Positions 1 to 13,946 are shown, counted from the stretch's first letter. The stretch is 64,000 bases of DNA from Phenylobacterium sp. (GCF_004299445.1 NZ_SCTC01000057.1:28798-92797); one strand, 5' to 3'. Program-made: numbers and translations. The notes: a model not told the origin generated them from the letters alone.

Positions 1-456
1 GCGGGCTTCGACCTGATCTACGGCGGCGCGGGCGATGACTGGGCGGTCGGCGGCAAGGACGACGACGAGGTCTACGGCGAGGCTGGCGACGACGTCGTGC
101 TGGGCAATCTGGGGGACGATAACCTGTCGGGCGGCGATGGCGACGACTGGGTGCGCGGCGGCCAGGGCGACGACGATATCCTGGGCGGCGCCGGCCGCGA
201 CTGGCTGTCGGGCGACCGCGGCGTCGACACACTCACCGGCGGGGCGGGCGCAGATGTCTTCCACACCTTCGGCGAGTCCGGCGAGGACTGGGTCACCGAC
301 TTCGTCGCCGGCGAGGGCGATCAGGTCTATGTGGTCGGCGCCTACAACGTGGCACAGCGGGGCGCGGACATGGTGATCACGGTCGAGGGCGGCGGGCGGA
401 TGATCCTGATGGACACCCAGCTGTCGAGCCTGCCGGCCGGCTGGATCTTCAGCTAA
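1..456 (+). CDS. RTX-type calcium-binding repeat protein, C-terminal part (5' truncated by window)
   Basis: Frame is open from base 1. Tandem GGxGxDxLx nonapeptides (YGGAGDDWA, LSGGDGDDW, RGGQGDDDI, LGGAGRDWL, TGGAGADVF) are followed by a DxVTDF-type C-terminal tail. Confidence 0.85.
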   Translation, partial: AGFDLIYGGAGDDWAVGGKDDDEVYGEAGDDVVLGNLGDDNLSGGDGDDWVRGGQGDDDILGGAGRDWLSGDRGVDTLTGGAGADVFHTFGESGEDWVTDFVAGEGDQVYVVGAYNVAQRGADMVITVEGGGRMILMDTQLSSLPAGWIFS

Positions 457-1111
457 GCGCCAGCTCGGCGGCGAGCGCCTGCAGCTGGGCCGCCACCGAG
501 CCCGGATGGCTGATCATGGCGAGGTGGTGCAGATCGGCCCGGCGCACCGGCCAGCCGCGGGCCTCCGCCCAGTCGGCTTGGTCGGTGTAGCGACGGCTGA
601 GCCGCAGGTAGGCCGCGGGCGCACGCTCCCAGTCGCCAGAGGCGGGCGCGACGGCGTGGAGGAAACCTACTGGCGGGCGCGGCAGGTCGGCGACGAATGC
701 GGCGCGCTGGGCCGGGTCGGGCAGGAAGCGCTGTAGCGGGTCGCGGTCGAACCACAGGTTCCAGGGCGCCAGGCAGCCGTCGAAGGCGCGGACCTCAAGG
801 TGGGCCACGACCTCGGGGTCGACCTGGCGAAGGCTGCGGCCAGGGTGGGGCCGGACGGCGTCAACAAAGATCAGTCCCGAGGCGCCCGCTTCGGCCAGCG
901 ACGGGGCGAAGGCCCCGGCGCCGCTGTGCAGGACGGCGATCCAGGGCCCTTCGCCCATGACCGCCGCTGTCCGGCGCGCAACGCCCTCGTACCAGTCCGG
1001 CGGCTGCACGCCGCCATAGTCTACCGCCACCGCCTCAGGCAGTCGTCGGGCCAAGGGCCGCCACGCCGCTGCCCCCGTGAAGGGGCTGGGCACGAGGGCC
1101 AGCCGGGGCAC
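449..1111 (-). CDS. small alpha/beta-hydrolase fold protein
   Basis: Nucleophile-elbow-like VLHSGAG and a C-terminal His (LHHLAM). The GTG start overlaps the alaS stop codon by 1 nt. Confidence 0.65.
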   Translation of the reverse strand: MPRLALVPSPFTGAAAWRPLARRLPEAVAVDYGGVQPPDWYEGVARRTAAVMGEGPWIAVLHSGAGAFAPSLAEAGASGLIFVDAVRPHPGRSLRQVDPEVVAHLEVRAFDGCLAPWNLWFDRDPLQRFLPDPAQRAAFVADLPRPPVGFLHAVAPASGDWERAPAAYLRLSRRYTDQADWAEARGWPVRRADLHHLAMISHPGSVAAQLQALAAELALS

Positions 1112-3756
1112 TAGCCGGCCAGTGCCGCCTTCACGGCTGCGAGGCCCTCCTCGGCCTTGGAGCCGTCCGGCGCGCCGCCTTGGGCGAAGTCGGGGCGGCC
1201 GCCGGCCCCCTGCCCGCCCATGGCGAGCACCGCGGCCTTGGCGAGGTCGGCCGCGTTGAATCGGCCCTGCGCCGAACCGGTGACGGCCACGGTCACAGCG
1301 GCCTTGCCGTCGGCGGCGCCGATCAGCGCGATGACGCCGTCCGGCAGCTGCTTCTTGAACTCCTCGGCGATGGGCCGCAGGTCCTTGCCGCCGACGCCGT
1401 CCATGATCCGCGCCAGCACCTTGACGCCGCCGATCTCCTCCGGACCGGCCGCCGCCGCGCCGCCGCCGCCCATAGCGAGCTGGCGCTTGGCGTCGGCCAG
1501 TTCCTTCTCCAGCTTGCGGGCGCTGGCCTGCAGCGCCTCCACGCGGGCGGCCACCTCGGTCACCGGGACCTTGAACTGCTCGGCCAGCGACTTCGACACC
1601 GCCGCCTGCTCCAATAGGTACCGGCGCGCGCTCTCCCCCGTCAGCGCCTCGATCCGGCGAACGCCGGCGGCGACGCCCTGCTCCGAGACGATCTTGAAGA
1701 TCGCGATGTCGCCCGTGCGGGCCACATGTGTGCCGCCACAGAGCTCCACCGAGTAGGCTGCATCCCCGGTCAGCGCCTTGCCGAGCGTCAGCACGCGAAC
1801 GCTGTCACCGTACTTCTCGCCGAACAGGGCCATGGCCCCGGCCTCGATCGCCTCGGCCGCCGCCATCTGCTTGGTCTCGGCGGCGAGGTTCTGGCGGACC
1901 ACCGCATTCACTTCCGCTTCGATGCGGTCGATCTCGTCAGGCGACAGCGGCGCGCCGTGGCTGAAGTCGAAGCGGATGCGCTCGCCGTCGACCATCTGGC
2001 CCTTCTGGGTCACATGGCGGCCCAGCACGTTGCGCAGCGCCGCGTGCAGCAGGTGGGTGGCCGAGTGGTTCGACCGCGTGGTGGCGCGGTTCGGGCCGTC
2101 GACTGACAGCTGCACCCGCGCGCCAGGGCTCAGGGCGCCCTCCAGGATCTCCAGGTCATGGACGTGGAGGTCCCCAGCTAGCTTCTGGACGTCGGTCACG
2201 CGCGCGCGGCCGCCATCCCAAGTGATCTCGCCCTTGTCGCCCGCCTGGCCGCCGCTCTCGGCGTAGAAGGGCGTGCGGTCGAACAGCGCCTGCACCGTCG
2301 CGCCGGTCGTGGCCCCATCGACCTCGCGGCCGTCCTCGACCAGGGTCAGCAGCTCGCCCGTACCCTCGGTCTCGTCGTAGCCGGTGAACACCGTCGGACC
2401 CAGGCGCTCGCGGATCGAGAACCATTCGGCCGCGGCGGCCACCTGGCCCGAGCCCTTCCACGCCCCGCGCGCCATCTCGCGCTGGCGGGCCATGGCCGCG
2501 TCATACTCGTCGAGGTTCACCGTGAGGCCCTTGGCGCGGACCGCGTCCTGGGTCAGGTCAAGCGGGAAGCCGTACGTGTCATAGAGCTTGAAGGCGGTCT
2601 CGCCCGACAGCACGTCGCCGTCCTTCAGGCCCGCGGTCGCCTCGTCCAGCAGCGCGAGGCCCCGGCCCAGGGTCACGCGGAAGCGCTCCTCTTCCTGGCG
2701 CAGGGTGTCGACGATGGCGTCCTGGGCGCGCTTCAGCTCGGGATAGGCGTCGCCCATCTCGGTCACCAGCGTGGGCGCCAGGCGGTGCATCAGGGGTTCT
2801 TCCGCGCCCAGCAGGTGGGCGTGGCGCATGGCGCGGCGCATGATGCGGCGGAGGACGTAACCGCGGCCCTCGTTCGAGGGCATCACGCCATCGGCGATCA
2901 GGAAGCTGGATGAGCGCAGATGGTCGGCGATCACCCGGTGCGACGGGCCGTTCGAGGCGCCGCCGGCGCCGCCCACCAGCTCGCGGCTGGCCTGGATGAT
3001 CGTGCGGAACAGGTCGACGTCGTAGTTGTCGTGCACCCCCTGCAGGACGGCCGCGATGCGCTCCAGGCCCATGCCGGTGTCGATCGACGGCTTCGGCAGG
3101 CTTTCGCGACGACCGTCGGCGAACTGCTCGAACTGCATGAAGACGAGGTTCCAGATCTCGACGAACCGGTCGCCGTCCTCGTCCGGGCTGCCGGGCGGGC
3201 CGCCGGGGATGTGGTCGCCGTGATCGTAGAAGATCTCCGAGCACGGACCACAGGGGCCGGTGTCGCCCATCGACCAGAAATTGTCGCTGGTCGGAATGCG
3301 GATGATCTTGTGGTCGGGCAGGCCCGCAATCTTCTTCCAGAGATCGAAGGCCTCGTCGTCGGTGTGGTAGACAGTGACCGTCAGCTTGTCGGTCGGGAGC
3401 TTGAACTCCTTCGTCAGCAGGTCCCACGCGTGGACGATCGCGCGCTCCTTGAAGTAGTCGCCGAACGAGAAATTGCCCAGCATCTCGAAGAAGGTGTGGT
3501 GGCGCGCGGTGTAGCCGACGTTGTCCAGGTCGTTGTGCTTGCCGCCGGCGCGGACCGACTTCTGCGAGGACGCGGCGCGCGGCCACGGCGGGGTCTCGGC
3601 GCCGGTGAAATAGTTCTTGAAGGGCACCATCCCGGCGTTCACGAACAGCAGCGTGGGATCGTTCTGGGGCACCAGGGGGGCCGAAGCGACCACGGCGTGA
3701 TCGTTCCTCTGGAAGAAGTCCAGGAAATGGGTCCGGATCTCGTTCAGGCTCGCCAT
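1111..3756 (-). CDS. alaS: alanine--tRNA ligase
   Basis: [42 protein letters not shown], editing-domain HSATHLLH and ELCGGTH, C-terminal [10 protein letters not shown]. Confidence 0.99.
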   Translation of the reverse strand: MASLNEIRTHFLDFFQRNDHAVVASAPLVPQNDPTLLFVNAGMVPFKNYFTGAETPPWPRAASSQKSVRAGGKHNDLDNVGYTARHHTFFEMLGNFSFGDYFKERAIVHAWDLLTKEFKLPTDKLTVTVYHTDDEAFDLWKKIAGLPDHKIIRIPTSDNFWSMGDTGPCGPCSEIFYDHGDHIPGGPPGSPDEDGDRFVEIWNLVFMQFEQFADGRRESLPKPSIDTGMGLERIAAVLQGVHDNYDVDLFRTIIQASRELVGGAGGASNGPSHRVIADHLRSSSFLIADGVMPSNEGRGYVLRRIMRRAMRHAHLLGAEEPLMHRLAPTLVTEMGDAYPELKRAQDAIVDTLRQEEERFRVTLGRGLALLDEATAGLKDGDVLSGETAFKLYDTYGFPLDLTQDAVRAKGLTVNLDEYDAAMARQREMARGAWKGSGQVAAAAEWFSIRERLGPTVFTGYDETEGTGELLTLVEDGREVDGATTGATVQALFDRTPFYAESGGQAGDKGEITWDGGRARVTDVQKLAGDLHVHDLEILEGALSPGARVQLSVDGPNRATTRSNHSATHLLHAALRNVLGRHVTQKGQMVDGERIRFDFSHGAPLSPDEIDRIEAEVNAVVRQNLAAETKQMAAAEAIEAGAMALFGEKYGDSVRVLTLGKALTGDAAYSVELCGGTHVARTGDIAIFKIVSEQGVAAGVRRIEALTGESARRYLLEQAAVSKSLAEQFKVPVTEVAARVEALQASARKLEKELADAKRQLAMGGGGAAAAGPEEIGGVKVLARIMDGVGGKDLRPIAEEFKKQLPDGVIALIGAADGKAAVTVAVTGSAQGRFNAADLAKAAVLAMGGQGAGGRPDFAQGGAPDGSKAEEGLAAVKAALAG

Positions 3757-3889
3757 CGGTCGCTACGTTTCATCAAGGTATTGGAACAGGGTTCCCACGT
3801 GGGGACCCGCGACCCTTTACGAAACCTCTGGCGCAACCGCCAAGGAGAAAGGCGGAGGTCGCCGTTTGGGCCGCAGGCCAGGACTAGGT

Positions 3890-4801
3890 TCAAGGCGCCG
3901 TGGCGGGACGGCGTGCGGACCACAGCATGCTGAACGCCGCATAGGTCACAACGACCACCACGAGGACGCGCAGCCAATCCAGCGGCAGCGACTTCACGAT
4001 GTAGGCGGCAACCAGCACCGCCGGGATGCCGCCAAGGGTCAGGCCGAGGGCGGCGCGCAGGCTATAGCGGCCGCTGGCCACGAACCGCGATCCGCCGACA
4101 GGCATCAGGAAGGCGCATGAGCCCATCATGATGGGAAACGCCACCAGCGGGCTCATACCCAGCAGCGCGACCAGGATCAGGCACGGCGCGTAGAGGCCGA
4201 TGCCCAGCATCATCAGCCCCCCGAGGACGAAGTTGGCCCCCAGGGCCAGCGCCAGCTTCGCGCCGGTCAGGCCCTTGGCGTCGCCGCCCACCGGCATGAC
4301 GCCCAGGACGGCGGCCAGGAAGAGGCCGGCCGCCACCAGCAGCGCGACGCCCATCGCCAGTTGGATGACACGCGCCGGCGCGCGGGCCACGAAAGCGCCG
4401 CTCAGCCAGGCGCCGGCGACCGCCGCCGCGATCATGCCGACGAGTGTGACAGGGTCGACCTCTACGACAGCGATAAAGATCAGCGCCTGGGCGATGGTCG
4501 GCAGGGCGTGGCCGGCGTTGAGGGTGCCGGGGATCTGTTCGTCCGGTACGCGGCGGAACAGCTTGAAGGCCGCGGTGGTCGTGGCGAAGGCGCCGATGCC
4601 CAAGGTGTCGAAGAAGTTCGCGACCGCGCCGATGGCGAGATCGAGGAGGCCTGGTCGGCCCGGCGCGCCGTCGGCCGCCCGTGAGCGCTCCACCCGCCAC
4701 CACCAGGCGGCGAAACCAACGGCTAGAGCCAGCAAGGCCGCCAGGATGAAAGGCGTGACCGGCAGCCCCTCGAACAAGCCGGGGTTCGGTTCCGATTGCA
4801 T
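3890..4801 (-). CDS. TSUP (TauE/SafE) family membrane transporter, sulfite exporter-like
   Basis: Multi-TM protein with the repeated motifs ANFFDTLGIGAFA and GGLMMLGIGLYAP. Start set at ATG 4801. Confidence 0.75.
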   Translation of the reverse strand: MQSEPNPGLFEGLPVTPFILAALLALAVGFAAWWWRVERSRAADGAPGRPGLLDLAIGAVANFFDTLGIGAFATTTAAFKLFRRVPDEQIPGTLNAGHALPTIAQALIFIAVVEVDPVTLVGMIAAAVAGAWLSGAFVARAPARVIQLAMGVALLVAAGLFLAAVLGVMPVGGDAKGLTGAKLALALGANFVLGGLMMLGIGLYAPCLILVALLGMSPLVAFPIMMGSCAFLMPVGGSRFVASGRYSLRAALGLTLGGIPAVLVAAYIVKSLPLDWLRVLVVVVVTYAAFSMLWSARRPATAP

Positions 4802-4953
4802 CACGGTCCCCCCAGGTCCGACGCGGGCCAAAACGACCTTAGCGCGCCGCGCCGCGCCCGATAGCCGTTTCCGCTCTCAGGGGCGCACGCCGGGCGTCCA
4901 GGCCGCAGGAGCGGGCGCCGAACGACAGACATCGGTCAGGGCCTCTACGCAAA

Positions 4954-4977
4954 GACGCCCGGGAGGGCCCGGGCGTC
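4954..4977 (-). terminator. GC-rich hairpin downstream of recA, probable terminator
   Basis: GACGCCCGGG-AGGG-CCCGGGCGTC, a perfect 10-bp inverted repeat about 35 nt after the recA stop. Confidence 0.6.
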
Positions 4978-5011
4978 GGTGCGGTGCAGTCGGGAGGTGA
5001 CGCCGCCGCGA

Positions 5012-6091
<1,080 letters not shown>

Positions 6092-6186
6092 GCTTTAGCG
6101 CCCTTCTATCCCACGATTCCGCCAACCGGATGGGCCAACCGCAGGCCCCGCTCGGGATGACCAAAGACGTACTCGCTTTGCCGAAT

Positions 6187-6201
6187 GTTCGCAAGACGTT
6201 C
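6187..6201. promoter_or_regulatory. alphaproteobacterial LexA (SOS) box
   Basis: GTTC-GCAAGAC-GTTC is an exact GTTC-N7-GTTC direct repeat about 95 nt upstream of the recA start. Confidence 0.9.
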
Positions 6202-6243
6202 CCAGAACAACATGCGTCCGATTTTGACGTATGTTGAGCCGGC

Positions 6244-7374
6244 CTAGTCCCGAGCGTGGCTGGCGATGAAGTCGCGCAGGTCGCGGTAGGCGTGAGCCTC
6301 CATGGCCCGGAGCGCGTCGATCTTGGCGTCGAGGCCGCCGGCGTCGAACTGCGCACGGGCCTGCACCGCAGCGGCGTTGTACCCGGCGAATCGCACCAGC
6401 TCGGCCGAGGGGTAGAGGGCGTCATTGAGCGCCCGCAAGCCAAGCACGACGCCGACGGCCGCAATCGCGACAGCCACCGGTGCGCGTGTGGCAAGCGTTT
6501 CGGGTCCGTAGCCGAGCAACAGCGCCAGGCCCGCAGCGCCGGCCGCGACGGCCGCGACCACCAGCGCGAGTCTGGCCAAGGCGGCGTTGGCTTCGGCGCG
6601 TCGGCGCGGCGCGCCCATCGATTCGCCCAGTTTGCGGCGGCTGTAGGCGATCTGGACATCGAACCGCTGGGCGCGCAGGCGCTCCAGCAGCCGGTCGAGG
6701 TCGGGGCCGCGCGTAGGCGGCGGGGGCGCATCGCGCCATTCCGGCAGGATCCAGACTTCGTCGTCGGCGACATCGCGGGCCAGGGCCCGGACCCGGTCGG
6801 CCATGTCGCGGGCCGGAGGCAGCGCTTCCAGCGCCCGGGCGCGGGTCGCTTTCCAGCCGGCCAGCGCGGTGTTGTCGGTCATCGCCGCGACCGCCTGATC
6901 GAGATTGTTGATCAGCACCTGAAAGTAGAGGCCGCGCGCGCGCTCGGTCCAGTAACGGCTCCCCAGCCACAGCTCGGTCGAGCGCGAAACCAGCCTGCGG
7001 GCCGCGACCAGCACGCCGGCGATAGCCGCGAGAGCCAGGGCGATCGCGCCCACGGCGACGGTGGCTGCCGGCGGCACGAGCAGCGCGATAGCCGCGACGG
7101 CCAGGGCCAGCACGCCGCACCCCCCCGCCATCAGGCCCAGCTGACGGCCGCGCCGGACGTGCTGGTTGGCCGGGCCCTCGTGTTGCTTGAACATCGCCCG
7201 CAGCTCGGGCCAGTCGAGAACGCGCAGCAACTGCGGCTGAACATTGCCCAGCGCCTGGCGGGCGTCCTTGTCCAGCAGGATGTCGTCGTTGTGCCATCCG
7301 GCCAGCGGATCGGCGAAGGCGGCCAGCCTGGAGTCGCCCCCGTGTCTCGGCGCTGAAGCGTCGGCCATGGCCAT
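6244..7374 (-). CDS. membrane protein with two 2TM units, resembling tandem SLATT/DUF4231 effectors
   Basis: Unit 1: a 2TM hairpin followed by WLGSRYWTERARGLYF (W-x3-R-x3-E). Unit 2: QRFDVQIAYSRRK, a 2TM hairpin and a terminal helix with MEAHAYRDLRDF. Judged by eye only. Confidence 0.5.
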   Translation of the reverse strand: MAMADASAPRHGGDSRLAAFADPLAGWHNDDILLDKDARQALGNVQPQLLRVLDWPELRAMFKQHEGPANQHVRRGRQLGLMAGGCGVLALAVAAIALLVPPAATVAVGAIALALAAIAGVLVAARRLVSRSTELWLGSRYWTERARGLYFQVLINNLDQAVAAMTDNTALAGWKATRARALEALPPARDMADRVRALARDVADDEVWILPEWRDAPPPPTRGPDLDRLLERLRAQRFDVQIAYSRRKLGESMGAPRRRAEANAALARLALVVAAVAAGAAGLALLLGYGPETLATRAPVAVAIAAVGVVLGLRALNDALYPSAELVRFAGYNAAAVQARAQFDAGGLDAKIDALRAMEAHAYRDLRDFIASHARD

Positions 7375-7551
7375 ATCCCGTGAATCCCCTGGCTGTCAGC
7401 GATCCCGACCTGCGTCCTGCGGTCAAGATGTGGCGTGGCCGCGCGCGCCCCTCACCTTACGTCGGCTCGCGCTGCGGCGCCCTACGCGCTACCACAGTCG
7501 GGCGCGAGCCGTCCGAAGAGACGTCCGCCGCCGCCTTGCAGGGATGAGACA

Positions 7552-9249
7552 ATGCACTACGCCGAGCTGAACCGGGCCTGGGCCGAACTGACCGCGCCCG
7601 GGGCGCCCTTCGAGATCGCGATCCAGGAGGTCGGCGGCGCGCCGATCCGGACTTTCAAGAATGCGCCACCGAACGTGAGGGCGCTCTGGCTGTCGACAGC
7701 CCAGTTCGCCGAGCGCGACTATCTCGTCTTCGACGACGAGCGGATCACCTATGGCGAGGCCCACCGGCAGGTGGCCTCCATCGCCAACTGGCTGATGGCC
7801 AAGGGGGTCAAGCCTGGCGACCGCGTGGCCGTCGCGATGCGGAATTATCCGGAGTGGATGCTGATCTACTGGGCCTGCGCCTGCATCGGGGTGGCCTGCG
7901 TCGGCATGAACGCCTGGTGGACCGCAGCCGAGATGGCCTACGGCATGACCGACGCCGGGCCCAAGGTCCTGTTCGCCGACGCCGAGCGGATCGCGCGGCT
8001 CGACGAGCAACCAGGCATGCTGGGCGACACGCTGCTGGTGGCGGTACGGGCGGAAGCCCCCGCCGGCGCAGCGTCCTGGGCCGAGGTGGTGGCGCACGGC
8101 GGGGCCCTGCCCGACGTGGCGGTCGCCCCGGACGACGACCTCTGCATCTTCTACACGTCGGGCACGACCGGCTTCCCCAAGGGCGCGCAGCTGACGCACC
8201 GCAGCTGCGTCTCCAACCTGATGAACATGATGTTCGCCGGTCAGGTCTCGACGCTGGCGACCCAGCGCGCGACCGGCGTGACGCCCGATCCGTCGGTAGC
8301 CCCGCCGATCCCCGTCACCCTGGTGACCACGCCTCTCTTCCACGTGACCGCCAACAACTGCGGCGCCTACGCCACCACCGCGGCCGGCGGCAAGATGGTG
8401 CTGATGTATCGCTGGGATGCGGGCGAGGCGCTGAAACTGATCGAGCGCGAGCGCTGCACCTCGGCTGGCGGCGTGCCCGTGATGGCGCGCGAGCTGATCA
8501 GCCATCCCGACTTCGCCAAGTATGACACCTCGAGCCTGCTCACGGTCGGCGGCGGCGGCGCACAGCTGCAGCCCGACCTGGTGGACAAGATCGACAAGGC
8601 GGTGGCCACGGCGCGCCCCAACACCGGCTATGGCATGACCGAGACATCGGGGATCATAACCTCGATCTCGGGCGACTTCTTCGTGGACAAGCCCGCAAGC
8701 TGCGGACGCGCGATGCCGACCTTCGAGGTGCGGGTAGTCGGCGACGATGGCCAACCGCTGCCGGCGGGACAGCCGGGCGAGCTGTGGGTGCGCGGGTCAT
8801 CGGTGATCAAAGGCTACATCAACCGGCCCGAGGCCACGGCCGAGAGCATCACCGACGGCTGGCTGCATACGGGCGACGTGGCCTACCTCGACGAGGACCA
8901 GTTCATCTATCTGGTGGACCGCAAGAAGGACATGGTGCTGCGCGGCGGCGAGAACATCTACTGCGCCGAGGTGGAAGCCGCCTTGCACGGTCATCCGGGA
9001 GTGGCCGAGTGCTCGGTGTTCGGGGTGGCCGACCCGCGGCTGGGCGAGGAAGTGGGCGTGGCCGTCTTCCTAAAGCCTGGGGCTGAAGCGACCCCCGACG
9101 CCCTGCGCCAGCATTGCGGCGCGGCGATCGCGAAGCACAAGATCCCTCGCTACATCTGGATGATGGACCAGCCGCTGCCGCGGAACGCCAACGGCAAGTT
9201 CCTGAAGCGCGAGCTGCGTGACACTCTGAAGGTCGAGGACGCGGTCTAA
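7552..9249 (+). CDS. class I adenylate-forming enzyme, long-chain acyl-CoA synthetase-like
   Basis: YTSGTTGFPKG, GYGMTET, TGD, RKKDMVLRGGENIY and terminal GKFLK. Start set at ATG 7552. Confidence 0.92.
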   Translation: MHYAELNRAWAELTAPGAPFEIAIQEVGGAPIRTFKNAPPNVRALWLSTAQFAERDYLVFDDERITYGEAHRQVASIANWLMAKGVKPGDRVAVAMRNYPEWMLIYWACACIGVACVGMNAWWTAAEMAYGMTDAGPKVLFADAERIARLDEQPGMLGDTLLVAVRAEAPAGAASWAEVVAHGGALPDVAVAPDDDLCIFYTSGTTGFPKGAQLTHRSCVSNLMNMMFAGQVSTLATQRATGVTPDPSVAPPIPVTLVTTPLFHVTANNCGAYATTAAGGKMVLMYRWDAGEALKLIERERCTSAGGVPVMARELISHPDFAKYDTSSLLTVGGGGAQLQPDLVDKIDKAVATARPNTGYGMTETSGIITSISGDFFVDKPASCGRAMPTFEVRVVGDDGQPLPAGQPGELWVRGSSVIKGYINRPEATAESITDGWLHTGDVAYLDEDQFIYLVDRKKDMVLRGGENIYCAEVEAALHGHPGVAECSVFGVADPRLGEEVGVAVFLKPGAEATPDALRQHCGAAIAKHKIPRYIWMMDQPLPRNANGKFLKRELRDTLKVEDAV

Positions 9250-9259
9250 GCGGCAGGAC

Positions 9260-9296
9260 ATAGGAAATCTCGATCGATCAGATAAGAACGATCGTT
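9260..9296. promoter_or_regulatory. OxyR-type binding site upstream of katG
   Basis: ATAG-N7-CGAT-N7-ATAA-N7-CGTT matches 12 of 16 positions of the ATAG-N7-CTAT-N7-ATAG-N7-CTAT consensus, with exact spacing. Confidence 0.6.
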
Positions 9297-9323
9297 TTGT
9301 CATTAGGCCCCAGGTCGGCCTAG

Positions 9324-11558
<2,235 letters not shown>

Positions 11559-11567
11559 GCGACGGCC

Positions 11568-11598
11568 CCGTGACGCCGGGAAGCTCCCGGCGTCACGG
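11568..11598. terminator. bidirectional terminator hairpin between convergent katG and TBDR genes
   Basis: CCGTGACGCCGGGA-AGC-TCCCGGCGTCACGG, a perfect 14-bp inverted repeat in the intergenic gap. Confidence 0.75.
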
Positions 11599-11607
11599 AC
11601 GTCTCGA

Positions 11608-13854
11608 TCAGAAGTTCACCCGGGCGGTGACGCCGTAGTAGCGGTCAGCCTCGCGCGGGATCTGGAAGCGGAAGCTGCCGCCCGGGCCGCCGGACTCCAC
11701 GTGAGTCGCGAAGCTCTGGTCGAACAGGTTCCGGACGACCGCCGTCACCCGGTACTTATCGTCAGGATCGGCTAGGCCCAGGCTGACATCCACCAGTTCG
11801 TAAGCCTCGATCCGGGTTCCGAGGCGGACAGCCGGGTTGGCGCTCAGTTCCGCATAGGTGCTCGACTGGAACGAGCCCTGCGCTCCCATCAGGACATCGA
11901 AGCCGCCGACGTCGCGAATGCGATACTCGACGTTGAGCGAACCCTTCCACTTGGGCGCGTAGGGCAGTTGCGTACCCGAAGGCACGACGCCCGTATTCAC
12001 CCCCGCGATCGGCGCGCGGAACTTGTTGATGTGCGCGTCCGTGTACGCCAGACCACCGGACAGAGTCAGGTCGGCAAGCGGACGATAGAGGAAGTCAGCT
12101 TCCGCGCCGCGCGTTGAGATTGTTCCCGCGTTGGTGAAGCGGCTCACGACCACACCCGCGACAAGGTCCGGATTGTTGGCCTGGAAGTTGTGGTACTTGG
12201 CGTAGAAGGCCGCGAGGTTGAGGATGAGCCGGCCATCCAGCGCGGTGTTCTTCAGGCCCACTTCGAAGCTATCCGACGTTTCCGCCTCAATGACGTTGGT
12301 TCCCGTCGCCCCAAGATTGAAGAACAGGTTGAACGCCGGGCCCTTGTAGCCACGCGAGTAGGTCAGGTAGCCGACGCTGTCCTGCGACAGGTCGTATTGG
12401 ATCCCCACCTTGCCCGACAGATCCGTGTTGTCGGTGTCTCCGGTGAACGAGAAGGGAGCGGAAATCCCCGGACCCGCTGTGCCTGTACGGCTCAGATACG
12501 CTTCCAGCTTGTCCGACGAAAGGCGAAGGCCGCCGAGCAGCCGCAGGCTGTCGGAGAGGTTCCAGGTCCCCTGTCCGAACAGGGCATAGTTCTTGAACAC
12601 CGACCCGTGAGTCGTGGATCCGCTGATCCGGGTGGTCACCGCCCCGGGGGCCGAGCAGGGCGTCAGCGTCGTGGGAGCCGGCGCCAGAGTGCAACTCGCG
12701 ACGTTCCGGGTGAATACCCGGTCGGTCTCGGCGCGAGAGTAATAGGCGCCCAGAACATACGAGAACGTCTGGTCCGCCGGAGACGCGATGCGGATCTCCT
12801 GAGTCAGAGTATTCGAGGTGGTCGGCCCAAAGTCGTGCAGTTCGTTAAGCCCCACGTAGGGCTGCGGCAGCCAGTCGCCGTCGCGGATCTCCTTGTTGTC
12901 CCATTCCCGGTAGGACGCGATGTACGTCAGCACGTGGCCGCCCAGGTCGTAGTCGGCCTGCAGCGAAACGCCGCCACTTTCCTCGATGGTCGACGTGACC
13001 AGGTTCTGGTTCACGAAACGGCTCTTGTCGCGGCGCGGCGACGGCAACACCTGCGCCGCCAGGTTGGTGGGAACATTGCCGATGATCTGCGCGCAGCAGT
13101 CATCGTCGGCCTTGCGATAGTCCGCGATGACGGTCAGCGTCAGGTTCTCGGTGGCTTCGGCTTCCACGATCGCGCGAACGCCATACCGTTCATAGCCATT
13201 CACCCGCGACCCGGTGGTGAGGTTGCGGATATTGCCGCCGTACGTGCCGTAGAAGCCGGTGACCCGGGCCTGGACGCCTGCGCCAAGCGGCGCATCCACT
13301 GCGCCGCGCAGTCGGAATTCGTCGCCGTTCGAACCGTAGCCGGCCTCGACATAGCTGCCCGCGCCCGGACGCTTGGTGACGATGTTGATGACGCCGGCCG
13401 AACTGTTCTTGCCGAACAGCGTTCCTTGCGGACCCCGCAGGACCTCGATCCGCTCCACGTCGACAAGGTCGCTGAACGCCTCCCCGGCGCGACTGTAGAC
13501 CACTCCGTCCACCACCGAAGACACAGACGGCTCACCGGCGATTGAGAACGTCGAGGTGCCGACGCCGCGAAGGAAGATGACCTGGTTGAGTGAGGTGCCC
13601 GCCTTCCGGATGGAGAGCGTCGGAATGAGCCGTTGCGCCCCTTCCAGGTTGACCGCGCCGCTCGCCGCGATGGCGTCCCCCGAAACGACCGAGACAGCCA
13701 GGGGCACGTCCTGCAGCCGCTCTTCCCGCTTCTGGGCGGTGACGACGATCTCGCCAAGATCTGTGGCGCCCTCGCCGGCGGTCTGCGCCAACGCGGGCCC
13801 CGCGGTGACGATCGCCGCAATGGCCGCGCTCGTGATGAGGATGGTCTTTTTCAT
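11608..13854 (-). CDS. TonB-dependent outer-membrane receptor of the putative sulfoquinovose cluster
   Basis: Signal peptide ending ALA-Q, TonB-box region EIVVTAQKREE, plug motif VERIEVLRGPQGTLFG, C-terminal YGVTARVNF. Confidence 0.95.
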   Translation of the reverse strand: MKKTILITSAAIAAIVTAGPALAQTAGEGATDLGEIVVTAQKREERLQDVPLAVSVVSGDAIAASGAVNLEGAQRLIPTLSIRKAGTSLNQVIFLRGVGTSTFSIAGEPSVSSVVDGVVYSRAGEAFSDLVDVERIEVLRGPQGTLFGKNSSAGVINIVTKRPGAGSYVEAGYGSNGDEFRLRGAVDAPLGAGVQARVTGFYGTYGGNIRNLTTGSRVNGYERYGVRAIVEAEATENLTLTVIADYRKADDDCCAQIIGNVPTNLAAQVLPSPRRDKSRFVNQNLVTSTIEESGGVSLQADYDLGGHVLTYIASYREWDNKEIRDGDWLPQPYVGLNELHDFGPTTSNTLTQEIRIASPADQTFSYVLGAYYSRAETDRVFTRNVASCTLAPAPTTLTPCSAPGAVTTRISGSTTHGSVFKNYALFGQGTWNLSDSLRLLGGLRLSSDKLEAYLSRTGTAGPGISAPFSFTGDTDNTDLSGKVGIQYDLSQDSVGYLTYSRGYKGPAFNLFFNLGATGTNVIEAETSDSFEVGLKNTALDGRLILNLAAFYAKYHNFQANNPDLVAGVVVSRFTNAGTISTRGAEADFLYRPLADLTLSGGLAYTDAHINKFRAPIAGVNTGVVPSGTQLPYAPKWKGSLNVEYRIRDVGGFDVLMGAQGSFQSSTYAELSANPAVRLGTRIEAYELVDVSLGLADPDDKYRVTAVVRNLFDQSFATHVESGGPGGSFRFQIPREADRYYGVTARVNF

Positions 13855-13885
13855 ATCTCCCCCGATTCCTTGTTCTCGTTGGATT

Positions 13886-13910
13886 TGTCTGACGCTGTCA
13901 TAGCGACAGC
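13886..13910. promoter_or_regulatory. operator-like site upstream of the TBDR gene
   Basis: Carries the ATGACAGCG half-site on the minus strand, shared with the sites at 15057 and 19059. Also GCTGTC-N5-GACAGC inverted repeat. Confidence 0.35.
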
Positions 13911-13946
13911 AGATTTTCGTGCGTTACGTCTGGTTCAGGCTTCGGT

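Noticed and set aside
3789-3808. Hairpin GGGTTCCC-ACGT-GGGGACCC upstream of alaS as a T-box or attenuator
   Set aside because: It is a single short stem with no T-box sequence or specifier loop, and at most a terminator or spacer.
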